This document shows positions 1 through 7,273 of a stretch of 12,287 bases of DNA, one piece after another. Origin of the DNA: Candidatus Undinarchaeota archaeon (GTDB taxonomy: Archaea > SpSt-1190 > JASMDC01); NCBI GenBank assembly GCA_964519305.1, contig CAZFHY010000034.1:1-12287 (forward strand), given 5' to 3'. Numbering within the stretch: the stretch's first letter is position 1; each line of letters opens with the position of its first letter. The notes beneath the pieces were generated by a model, which worked only from the letters and a program-made list of their open reading frames with translations, did not search any database and was not told the DNA's origin. Made by a program: the position numbers and the translations under genes.

Positions 1-514
1 GTTCTTGCTGGACCTGCTGGGGCTGTGGCCACTGCTGTTGTTCTTGTTGAGGTTGCTGCTCCGACGGCACCTGCTGAGGTTGCCGGTAGGTGATGGCCTC
101 ACCGGGCCCCACGGCCTGAGGTGCCCCTGGCTCTTGGAGGACTACCTGGACCACCCGCCCATCGGGCAGGGTGATCGTATCGGGGACATGGGCCTTTGCG
201 GCCTCGGCCGCCTTCTCTATATGCTCCTTGGCCTCGCCACCGGCGTCGCGTGTGAGGTCGTATACCTTGAACACCTTCTTCTCGGTCCTGATCTCGATTG
301 TGGCGCTCATTGCCTTCTTTCGGCAGTGCACGTCGATGATGTCTACTAGGTCTATGGTACGCAGTTCTCCCGGTGAAGGCGGTGTACACTCGTAGATGAG
401 CACACGCCGGTCTGTAACGACTATGTTGCTCCAGTGGACCACGTTGCCCTCGTCGCTGTAGACGCCCAAGGGGGTCTCCCCTTGCTGGAGGTACTTCGCC
501 AGGTCGACCATCAT
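1..514 (-). CDS. PH-like (bacterial PH-type) domain protein with Gln/Pro-rich region; runs off the left edge; absent from the ORF track
   Basis: Manual translation from ATG 514 is open to the edge: MMVDLAKYLQQGETPLGVYSDEGNVVHWSNIVVTDRRVLIYECTPP...IDLVDIIDVHCRKKAMSATIEIRTEKKVFKVYDL...QPQQVPSEQQPQQEQQQWPQPQQVQQE. The 'YL..GE......ivvTDRRvl' pattern is typical of bPH domains. The start overlaps the dys stop (ATGA) and has GGTGAT just upstream. Confidence 0.8.
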   Translation of the reverse strand, partial: MMVDLAKYLQQGETPLGVYSDEGNVVHWSNIVVTDRRVLIYECTPPSPGELRTIDLVDIIDVHCRKKAMSATIEIRTEKKVFKVYDLTRDAGGEAKEHIEKAAEAAKAHVPDTITLPDGRVVQVVLQEPGAPQAVGPGEAITYRQPQQVPSEQQPQQEQQQWPQPQQVQQE

Positions 515-1470
515 AGATCACCTTCTTCGTCCCCGAGTCGGGAAAGGAGCCCGGCGTAGAGGAGGGGGAACACGATGAATGTGTCCCCGATGACTGTGAC
601 ATGGTCTGCGCCGCGAGCTACCTTGTGCCAGCTCTTGCCCTCGCGCAGTGGCGCCCCCGAGAGACCCCCCCCCTCGGGACGGTCCAGGGTCACCTGGAGG
701 GCGTAGTCATGCCCGCCTACAAGGGTGGCAGCTCCCATCATATAGTGCTTGGGGACCCCGCCACCCAGGGCGATCATCCCTCGACGCTCTGTACCGTACA
801 CTAGGTCCGACAGAGCGGCCATGTCACCCACGACGTCAAGTGTAGTAGGCTTCGTCTGTGCTCGGAGGAACAGCTGTAGGCCCAGCACTGAGTCCGTGAG
901 GGACGGTGCGAACACAGGGATCCCCTTGCGGGCCGCAGCACCTAGGACCGAGCTGCTGGATTCGAGACCGCTGCCTAGAATGTGCAACAACTTGCTGGGG
1001 GTCATGGTGCGCCAATCGTTCTCAGGAATATTGTCGAACGCCTCTTGCACCCGGTCCTCGAACCTGGCGAAGGACGACTCCTCGACGAACAGGTCGAACA
1101 CCCGCGCATATCCCTTCTCGGCCAATGCGTCGTCATCGGCCGTCTCGTTCCCGTTGAAGTGATGGCAGTCCCAGCACTCCAGGAGGTCGTGTACGGCGTT
1201 GGCACCCGTGGTGACGAGCGCATCTACGAGCCCGCGCTCCACCATGTCGGTCACGATGGGACGCATCCCGCCCGCGGACAGCGGTCCGGCGAGTCCGAGG
1301 AACACCGTGCACTCGTCGTCCCGGACCATCTGCTCGAGCACGTCCAGGGCCCGGGCCATCCTCCCGGCACCGAAGACACCGCTGGCGGCGTAGGCGGCGA
1401 AAAGCGAGTCCACCGAACCATCGGTAACGGGGGACATCCCTTTAACGGAAGGGAGAGGCGCGTGCGGCAT
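511..1470 (-). CDS. dys: deoxyhypusine synthase (aIF5A modification)
   Basis: Motifs FLGLAGPLSAGGMR, LVTTGANAVHD, PSLTDSVLG, LGGGVPKH and GGLSGAPLREGKSWHKV (catalytic Lys position retained). Start reassigned from 1710 to ATG 1470 (MPHAPLPSVKG), giving 319 aa with a TATA box 24-30 nt upstream. Confidence 0.93.
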   Translation of the reverse strand: MPHAPLPSVKGMSPVTDGSVDSLFAAYAASGVFGAGRMARALDVLEQMVRDDECTVFLGLAGPLSAGGMRPIVTDMVERGLVDALVTTGANAVHDLLECWDCHHFNGNETADDDALAEKGYARVFDLFVEESSFARFEDRVQEAFDNIPENDWRTMTPSKLLHILGSGLESSSSVLGAAARKGIPVFAPSLTDSVLGLQLFLRAQTKPTTLDVVGDMAALSDLVYGTERRGMIALGGGVPKHYMMGAATLVGGHDYALQVTLDRPEGGGLSGAPLREGKSWHKVARGADHVTVIGDTFIVFPLLYAGLLSRLGDEEGDL

Positions 1471-1493
1471 GGAGGTAATGAACGTGCGAGAGG

Positions 1494-1506
1494 TTTTAAT
1501 CCTTTC
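1494..1506 (-). promoter_or_regulatory. BRE/TATA promoter of dys (GAAAGGATTAAAA), probably a leaderless transcript
   Basis: ATTAAAA lies at -30..-24 from ATG 1470, preceded by a purine-rich BRE-like run; it overlaps the TAA stop of the upstream ORF. Confidence 0.6.
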
Positions 1507-1912
1507 TCCCGGCGAGGGGGCTCTTGTCCACGGTGGCCTTCCTGTAGACGTGCGTGTCGTCGCTGAGAGGTCCCTTGTCCACAGTGGCCGATCTGTAGAC
1601 GTGCTTGTCGTCGCTGAGAGGCCCCTTGTCCACGGTGACCCCCCTATAGATATGCTTGACATCACTCTCATATCCGGAGAGACCGGTGTCGAGTTCTGTT
1701 CCTGTGCCAAGGTCGACGGTCGTCTCTACGTGAACGTCGACGCTCGCGTCCGTGACCATGCCGGTGTTGGTGTCGACGAGGGCAGAGTCCACTGGGACTT
1801 GCGGTTCGGGCGTCGGTTGTGCTTCCTGTGCACTCTGTTGTTCTGACGAACGGGCAGGTCGCGCTCTTCGGGATTGCTGATTGGCCTGGAACCGTCGTCG
1901 CACCTTGCGCAT
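1496..1912 (-). CDS. hypothetical 138-aa protein with a basic N-terminus and three C-terminal 17-aa repeats
   Basis: It fills the gap between pfkB and dys and has its own TATA box (TTTTATATAA). Many differences between repeat copies are synonymous in this frame. Confidence 0.75.
   Translation of the reverse strand: MRKVRRRFQANQQSRRARPARSSEQQSAQEAQPTPEPQVPVDSALVDTNTGMVTDASVDVHVETTVDLGTGTELDTGLSGYESDVKHIYRGVTVDKGPLSDDKHVYRSATVDKGPLSDDTHVYRKATVDKSPLAGRKD
1523..1675 (-). repeat. 51-bp tandem repeat x3, encoding approximately GPLSDD(K/T)HVYRxATVDK
   Basis: Units start at 1523, 1574 and 1625 (cttgtccac...). Units 1 and 2 match at 45/51 nt; unit 3 is more diverged. Confidence 0.92.
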
Positions 1913-1933
1913 AGGATTCGGGTACTCGGCAAG

Positions 1934-1943
1934 TTATATAAAA
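1934..1943 (-). promoter_or_regulatory. TATA box of the repeat-protein gene
   Basis: TTTTATATAA at -31..-22 from ATG 1912, in otherwise GC-rich DNA. Confidence 0.65.
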
Positions 1944-1954
1944 CCGCCTGCAGC

Positions 1955-2827
1955 TCATGCGCGGGGTCGTTCTCCGAAGGGCGGTAGTACGCTCTCGTCC
2001 AGCTCCTCGAGCCCTCTTGTCCCCAGTCGACGTACGTTGAACGATGCGGTGGCGTTGGCCAACCACCCGGCACGCTCAACATCACCATGCTTGGCATAGC
2101 TGGCCATGAATGCACCTGCGAAAGCGTCACCCGCACCTGTCGTGTCTACCACGTCCACGTGGAAGCCAGGGAAGTGGATCACGCGCCCATCATGGGCGAT
2201 GTAAGCACCATTGGCACCGTCCTTGACGGCCACGACACTCGTGTGCTCTGCGAGCTTGAGCGCTGCAGTTCGCGGGTCCTCCTTACCGGTGAGAAGGGTG
2301 GCCTCCTTGTGGTTGGGGAAGAACACGTCGACACCCCGGGCGACCTTGACGCTCGCATCCCGCTGAGGCCGGATGAACACCGCGTTCGTATCGCCGCCCA
2401 CGATCGCGTCGTTCTCACGCACGTGCTCGATCCAGGCGAGCATCTGCTCTGGAGGCATGAGCGCGATATAATAGGCCCGTGCGCCTTCGAAGGATTTCGG
2501 CATATCGGCTGGTACTAGCTGCTGGCCCACACCGAACTCGATCTGGTCGTACTGCTCGTTCCATGTCTCATCATATGTGATGTCGAACCGTGTGGAACCG
2601 CCTTCCACCTGTACTATGCCACTAGTATCAAGACGGGTGCCCAACCGCTCGAGCTGATCTTGAGGGAAGTCGCTCCCCACCCTAGCAACGACACCCGTGC
2701 GAAGGAACACAGACGCGCCGAGAGCGGAGTAGAGGGCAGCACCGCCCGGTACTTCCTTGGCGCTGGCCCGGGTCGTACAGATGGCGTCCACCGAAAGGAA
2801 TCCAGCGGTTACGATGTCGATGGCCAC
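1955..2827 (-). CDS. PfkB/ribokinase-family carbohydrate or nucleoside kinase
   Basis: N-terminal PGGAALYSALGAS and VGSDFP, FPNHKEA, VKDGANGA, and the PfkB signature VVDTTGAGDAFAGAF. Start reassigned to GTG 2827 (GGTGAT at 2839-2834; ATTAAAA at 2857-2851), giving 290 aa. Confidence 0.92.
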   Translation of the reverse strand: MAIDIVTAGFLSVDAICTTRASAKEVPGGAALYSALGASVFLRTGVVARVGSDFPQDQLERLGTRLDTSGIVQVEGGSTRFDITYDETWNEQYDQIEFGVGQQLVPADMPKSFEGARAYYIALMPPEQMLAWIEHVRENDAIVGGDTNAVFIRPQRDASVKVARGVDVFFPNHKEATLLTGKEDPRTAALKLAEHTSVVAVKDGANGAYIAHDGRVIHFPGFHVDVVDTTGAGDAFAGAFMASYAKHGDVERAGWLANATASFNVRRLGTRGLEELDESVLPPFGERPRA

Positions 2828-2861
2828 GGCCCCATCACCGGGGCTCAATCTTTTAATCTTA

Positions 2862-3599
2862 TCAGTAGCCGGGCCCCGGCGGATTGTAGTAGCCGGGGTA
2901 GCCGGTTGCATCACCGGCTCGTCGGGACGCGTAGAAGGAAGGATTCCCTCCCTGGAAATACTGATAGGAGTAATCGTACTGCTGAGGGAAGTCCTCTGGT
3001 GGCGGCATATCGCGCTGGGTGTAGAGGAAAAGACCTGCTGCAACGATGACCAACAGACAGACAGCAGCGATGATCGCGGTCGAGACATCGATAGCCGGTC
3101 CTTCCACGGGCGGACGTGCAGGCTCACCTGTGCCAGTAGTAGGGCCAGGACCATCGGACGTGCCCGTACCGTCACCAGTCCCGCTCCCAGTGTCCCCCGC
3201 CGTCGGGATCACGCACTCCTTGACGATTATCTTGCCCTGTGCCTCTCCGATGATGGCGCCGTCCCGTGGGATACTCTCGACACGGTAGGGGTAGGTCCCC
3301 GGCCCGGCGTCGACATCGATCTCGAAGTTGAACACGAACTGGGATTCCATATCGTGACCGAGGTTCCACGTGTATGCGGGCGTGACCACGAACCGTGCCG
3401 CGGGTCCCGTGACGTTCGTGACGAACGGTAGGTTCCCTCGCAGGAGGTTGCGGACTGTGCTCGTGATACTGGCGGTGTCGCCACGGCACACCTCCTTCTC
3501 GGAGCCCTCGATGAACACCTCCACACGCAGCTCACCATAGTCGGGGGCCGCGGCAAGAGCGATCGACAGGACGATGAGCAGCGCGAGCGTCCTCCTCAC
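2862..3599 (-). CDS. secreted, membrane-anchored protein: signal peptide, Ig-like beta domain, G/T linker, TM helix, Tyr/Pro/Gly/Gln-rich tail
   Basis: GTG 3599 overlaps the rtcA stop (GTGA). Signal peptide MRRTLALLIVLSIALAAA; beta-rich FVFNFEIDVDAGPGTYPYRVES; linker GDTGSGTGDGTGTSDG; TM AIIAAVCLLVIVAAGLFLY. 245 aa. Confidence 0.8.
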   Translation of the reverse strand: MRRTLALLIVLSIALAAAPDYGELRVEVFIEGSEKEVCRGDTASITSTVRNLLRGNLPFVTNVTGPAARFVVTPAYTWNLGHDMESQFVFNFEIDVDAGPGTYPYRVESIPRDGAIIGEAQGKIIVKECVIPTAGDTGSGTGDGTGTSDGPGPTTGTGEPARPPVEGPAIDVSTAIIAAVCLLVIVAAGLFLYTQRDMPPPEDFPQQYDYSYQYFQGGNPSFYASRRAGDATGYPGYYNPPGPGY

Positions 3600-4624
3600 A
3601 TCCCAGACCCCCGTGAACGTAGTTCTAGGACATGGTTCCCCAAATCCTTTACTTCGAGCACATCCCCGAGGAACAGACGTACGACAGCGATGTTGGTACG
3701 CACGTGTGATGTATCGTGGACATGGACGCGCGATCCCGGGGCCATTGCGATGAAAGGGACTATCTGGTCGGAAAGGTGAGGGTCGATGGGCAGATCCATG
3801 GAAAGGTTGCGCAGGAGGTCGTCGGCCGCCTCCTGTCCCACGCGCTCGGCCGGTTTGCCGGGAGCCCCGAGCTCGGAACCGGCTACGTACCCCGTATCGC
3901 TCCACACACAGATGCCCGAGCCTGTGCAGCCCTTGTGACCGGTCGTCGCCTCCTCTTGGATAGTCACCGGGCCCAGACCCTGCTCCGCGAGAGCGGTCGA
4001 GCAAGCTACAGCCTGACGCTGGGCGACCTTTTTCGGCAGACCGGTACAGTGGGAGATCCCGCCGACGGTCCGCGGGGGCAAAGACTCCACGCATTTCACG
4101 GGTGAGAGGGTGCTGGGACGGAAGTGGAACTCGGCCCATCCGCCTCCACGTGGGTAGTAGCCTCTGGTGTTCACGGAGACGCTCCCATGGTAGCCCATGG
4201 TGCCAAGGAACGGGAGCGTGACGTTCTTGACATAGTCAATCGGTGGGCTCCACTTCACATCGGTACCACCGGTGACGCTCACCTGAAGGTCACGCGGGCT
4301 CGCCAGGGCGGCCAGCATGAGGGACTGGAGCACAAGGGATATGCTGCCTGCCGTCCCCACGTCCACCGTGAGCACGCCTCGACGCGAATTCCGTGGCTCG
4401 AACACGATGCTCCTGGAACCCTCCTTGAGACCGGCCACTGCGCCGTTGCACATGTCGGCCACTGCCCGGATACCGGCCACGTGCTGAGGCCTGAGCCCAG
4501 GTTTGGGACGGGCGGGGCGGATGTTCGTGATGGAAACGGGGGTCCCAGTGACCATGGAGAGAGCAACGCATGTTCGGACTATCTGGCCGCCCCCCTCCCC
4601 CATGGAGCCGTCCACCTGCAGCAC
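3596..4624 (-). CDS. rtcA: RNA 3'-terminal phosphate cyclase
   Basis: VDGSMGEGGGQIVRT, PGLRPQH, GTAGSISLVLQ, GGTDVKWSPPIDY, RGYYPRGGG and catalytic DPHLSDQ. Start reassigned to GTG 4624, giving 342 aa. Confidence 0.95.
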   Translation of the reverse strand: MLQVDGSMGEGGGQIVRTCVALSMVTGTPVSITNIRPARPKPGLRPQHVAGIRAVADMCNGAVAGLKEGSRSIVFEPRNSRRGVLTVDVGTAGSISLVLQSLMLAALASPRDLQVSVTGGTDVKWSPPIDYVKNVTLPFLGTMGYHGSVSVNTRGYYPRGGGWAEFHFRPSTLSPVKCVESLPPRTVGGISHCTGLPKKVAQRQAVACSTALAEQGLGPVTIQEEATTGHKGCTGSGICVWSDTGYVAGSELGAPGKPAERVGQEAADDLLRNLSMDLPIDPHLSDQIVPFIAMAPGSRVHVHDTSHVRTNIAVVRLFLGDVLEVKDLGNHVLELRSRGSGM

Positions 4625-4642
4625 GAAATAAACAGGGTGCCG

Positions 4643-4658
4643 AAAGCTTAAATAACAT
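4643..4658. promoter_or_regulatory. shared AT-rich TATA element between divergent rtcA and the serA-like gene
   Basis: GAAAGCTTAAATAAC reads TTAAATA on + and TATTTAAG on -, each about 24-31 nt from GTG 4678 and GTG 4624 respectively. Confidence 0.55.
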
Positions 4659-4677
4659 AGCCCGGTGGCCGCAGGCG

Positions 4678-5622
4678 GTGCCGAACGTGGTGAATGATGA
4701 CGATGGACCGCGGGTCCTGGTGGCTGACGGCCTTGCGCTGAAGGCGATTGAGCTGCTCCGGGAGAGCCTGGAGACCGTTGAGGCGAACGATAACACACCA
4801 GAAGAGGTCCAGGCTATGCTCCCGACCTTCGATGCAGCGATCATCCGGAGCAGGACCAAGGTACGGGCCGACCGTTTCGCCGAGCCGGGCAGGCTAAGGC
4901 TGATTGTCCGCGCCGGTGTCGGACTGGACAACGTGGACCTGGAAGCGGCGAAGGCGGCGGGTGTCGAGGTGCACAACACACCAACAGCAACAACACGCTC
5001 GGTCGCTGAGCACGCCCTGGCGCTGATGTTCGCCCTGGCCCGCCACGTCGCCCGCGGGGACGCGTCCACGAAGGCGGGCCTGTGGGAGAAGAAGAAGCTC
5101 AAGGGCGTGGAGCTTGCGGGAAAGACCCTGGGGCTGGCGGGTTTCGGCAATATCGGGCAGGAGCTCGGTAGGATGTGCCAGGCACTGGGCATGACCGTCA
5201 TCGCCCACGACAAGTTCGAGGACGCCGTGAGGCCGTACGCCGACAAGATGGGCGTCCCACTTGTGTCCAAGGAAGAGCTATTGACGTCCTCTGACTTCAT
5301 TAGCATGCACATGCCCTTGGTCGAGAGCACGCGCGGATGGATCGGAACTGAAGAGCTCGAGGCCATGCGAAAGACCTCGTACCTCGTGAACACATCCCGC
5401 GGAGGCACGGTCGACGAGGATGCGCTGGTAGCAGCGCTCCGCTCGGGCACCATCGCCGGGGCCGCGCTGGACGTGTTCGCCGCAGAGCCGGTGAAAGAGC
5501 CGTTCCCGGAAGCCCCGAACCTAGTGCTCACACCTCACGTTGCTGGTACGACTGCCGAGGGTCAGGACCGTACAGGGATCGAGTCCGCTCGTATCGTCCT
5601 CTCCTTTCTTGGGCTGGAGTGA
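4678..5622 (+). CDS. serA: D-3-phosphoglycerate dehydrogenase / D-2-hydroxyacid dehydrogenase, short form without ACT domain
   Basis: IIRSRTKV, RAGVGLDNVD, SVAEH, GFGNIG (NAD), NTSRG, LDVFAAEP and TPHVAG. The start could be GTG 4678, 4687 or 4690. Substrate specificity cannot be proven from sequence. Confidence 0.8.
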   Translation: MPNVVNDDDGPRVLVADGLALKAIELLRESLETVEANDNTPEEVQAMLPTFDAAIIRSRTKVRADRFAEPGRLRLIVRAGVGLDNVDLEAAKAAGVEVHNTPTATTRSVAEHALALMFALARHVARGDASTKAGLWEKKKLKGVELAGKTLGLAGFGNIGQELGRMCQALGMTVIAHDKFEDAVRPYADKMGVPLVSKEELLTSSDFISMHMPLVESTRGWIGTEELEAMRKTSYLVNTSRGGTVDEDALVAALRSGTIAGAALDVFAAEPVKEPFPEAPNLVLTPHVAGTTAEGQDRTGIESARIVLSFLGLE

Positions 5623-5625
5623 CTT

Positions 5626-6738
5626 CTACCGGTAGGCGGCCAGGATGGCCTGGTAGATCTTGACGGCGGAACGCATCGACTCTATCGACACGTACTCCTC
5701 GGGAACGTGGGTCATGGCCGACGGTCCCGGCCCGAGATAGATCACAGGACAGCCCCAGGCCTCTTTGATCATCTGCCCCTCACCGTACCCGCTCATCGGT
5801 TTGAACTCCGCCGAACCGAGGACTGAGGAGACCGCCTCGGCAACGGGACCTGCCTCGTCCCTGCCTGTCAGGAGCGGTCCTCTGTCGTGACGTACTGTCA
5901 CGTTCTCAAGTATGAGCTCGCGGGCCTCGATCGCACCATGGAGCAGCTCTTGGAGCTTAGCAGCGTCAAGTGATGGATCCGCAGGCCGGACGTCGATCAC
6001 AGCGTCAGCGAGGTCGGGCACCTGGTTCCCCTCCCTTCCCAGTCCCGCGCCGGTGTCGAGCCCGCCGTGCAGGTAGGCCAGGTTACCGGTGGATGGACCG
6101 AGGTCCGGGTGGGCGAACCGGTCGAGACCTATGTCGTCGATCGCTCCCACAAGCCCCGTGATGGCGTTCCTTCCCCGTGATGGTTCGGAGGCGTGCGCGG
6201 TTCTGCCCCGGACGCGGAGGGACAGCTCGATCAGTCCGCGGTGGGCGTGGCGGATGGTGAGGTCCGTCGGTTCCGTGACCACGACCATATCGGGAGAGAG
6301 TGTGTGCTCGGACAGGAAACGTTTGATACCTCTGAAATCGTACTCCTCACCGACGTCGAACAGGGCGGCCCAGTTCCCGGGACCCTCCTCGCTCAGGGCC
6401 GTGACCAGGGCCGCGATGGAGCCCTTCATGTCGACGGCACCCACGCCGTGCACCCGTTCATCGCGCACCTCGCCGGAGAAGGGATCAAAGGACCACGAGC
6501 TCGAGGGGGCCACCGTGTCCAGGTGCGAGACAAAGAGGACGCGGGGGTTCTCGGCGCCCACTATGACGTTCCTCCTGCCGTCCTCCACCTCCTGCGACAG
6601 CGGGGAGAGCCCGCGCTCACGCAGCACGAAGGAGAGGAACTCGCCGACCGCCCGTTCCGAGCGCAGGAGGCGATCGCCGTCCCGCTGCACGTAGCTGGGG
6701 ATACGGATCAGTTCCCGACAGAGGCCCACGACGTCCAT
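5626..6738 (-). CDS. M20 metallopeptidase, ArgE/DapE-like deacylase
   Basis: Metal ligands SHLDTV, GAVDMKG, GEEYD, TEPT and THVPEEY; dimerisation-domain GRTAHASEPSRGRNAI. Start reassigned to ATG 6738 (MDVVGLCRELIRIPS). Confidence 0.92.
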   Translation of the reverse strand: MDVVGLCRELIRIPSYVQRDGDRLLRSERAVGEFLSFVLRERGLSPLSQEVEDGRRNVIVGAENPRVLFVSHLDTVAPSSSWSFDPFSGEVRDERVHGVGAVDMKGSIAALVTALSEEGPGNWAALFDVGEEYDFRGIKRFLSEHTLSPDMVVVTEPTDLTIRHAHRGLIELSLRVRGRTAHASEPSRGRNAITGLVGAIDDIGLDRFAHPDLGPSTGNLAYLHGGLDTGAGLGREGNQVPDLADAVIDVRPADPSLDAAKLQELLHGAIEARELILENVTVRHDRGPLLTGRDEAGPVAEAVSSVLGSAEFKPMSGYGEGQMIKEAWGCPVIYLGPGPSAMTHVPEEYVSIESMRSAVKIYQAILAAYR

Positions 6739-6753
6739 GCCGCCAATCCTGTA

Positions 6754-6770
6754 GAAAAGGTTATTAATCC
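6754..6770. promoter_or_regulatory. bidirectional TATA element between the M20 gene and the small zinc-finger ORF
   Basis: GAAAAGGTTATTAAT gives BRE+TATA on + (about 26-33 nt before ATG 6794) and ATTAATAA on - (23-30 nt before ATG 6738). Confidence 0.6.
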
Positions 6771-6793
6771 GTAATAGCACCTATCCGACCGTC

Positions 6794-6928
6794 ATGAAGA
6801 TCGTGTGCGCACAATGCGGACAGCACTTCACACCTCAGTTCTGCTACTCCTTCAAGCGGACCTCCCTATGCGTGGAGTGCCTCAGGACATATTATTGCCT
6901 CGAGCCCATGCGCCCTGCCAGGACTTAG
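6794..6928 (+). CDS. 44-aa CxxC...CxxC zinc-finger microprotein (below the ORF-track cutoff)
   Basis: MKIVCAQCGQHFTPQFCYSFKRTSLCVECLRTYYCLEPMRPART*. It has a promoter at the expected distance, and its duplicated 3' end differs only synonymously. Confidence 0.7.
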   Translation: MKIVCAQCGQHFTPQFCYSFKRTSLCVECLRTYYCLEPMRPART

Positions 6929-6931
6929 GCC
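6901..6931 (+). repeat. 31-bp direct repeat, copy 1 (3' end of the zinc-finger ORF)
   Basis: CGAGCCCATGCGCCCTGCCAGGACTTAGGCC; 29/31 identical to 8969-8999. Confidence 0.9.
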
Positions 6932-6956
6932 AGGTGTCCTCTCTTACCTGATCTGT

Positions 6957-7240
6957 TCAGGCCTTCTTGGAGGTCTTTTTTCGCGTACCCTTCTTCTTCT
7001 TTATCGAGGTCTTTTTCTTTGGCTTCTTCTTAGACGCCTTCTTCTTCGGTGCGCGCTCCTCCTTTGGGGGTGCCTTCACGTCCTTGCGCGCCTCGACGGG
7101 TGTCATGTCCTCTGCGACGACCTTCACTTCAGGCTTGGGCTCTGGCTTGAGTGGCGCGGCGGGCTTGTCGGCAACGCTCTCGACGCCTGACCGTCAGGAC
7201 TTGAGCACGAGCACTGCCAGGATGACTGCGACGTTGTTCC
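6957..7240 (-). pseudogene. C-terminal remnant of a membrane protein with a Lys-rich, histone-H1-like tail; internal TGA at 7196-7194
   Basis: Frame reads NNVAVILAVLVLKS*RSGVESVADKPAAPLKPEPKPEVKVVAEDMTPVEARKDVKAPPKEERAPKKKASKKKPKKKTSIKKKKGTRKKTSKKA*. There is no start codon before the hydrophobic segment. A 49-aa product from ATG 7106 is an alternative. Confidence 0.6.
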
Positions 7241-7273
7241 GGGTCCGATTGACAGATGCTCGACCATCTGATC

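Noticed and set aside
1523-1675. Possible CRISPR array
   Set aside because: The units are contiguous 51-bp codon-phased repeats with no unique spacers, and no cas genes are present.
1471-1710. 80-aa N-terminal extension of DHS with TRDLSATT repeats
   Set aside because: It is an alternate frame of the repeat protein. Silent changes favour the 1496-1912 frame, and a TATA box precedes ATG 1470.
6901-6936. Reverse complement of the direct repeat loosely resembles a tRNA 3' end (AAGTCCTGGCAGGGCGCA)
   Set aside because: There is no TTC T-loop, no CCA and no cloverleaf. The coding explanation fits better.
7194-7196. Selenocysteine recoding of the in-frame TGA
   Set aside because: There is no redox motif context, no upstream start and no recognisable archaeal SECIS. 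The CAGGT/ACCTG hairpin at 6931-6950 is too short.
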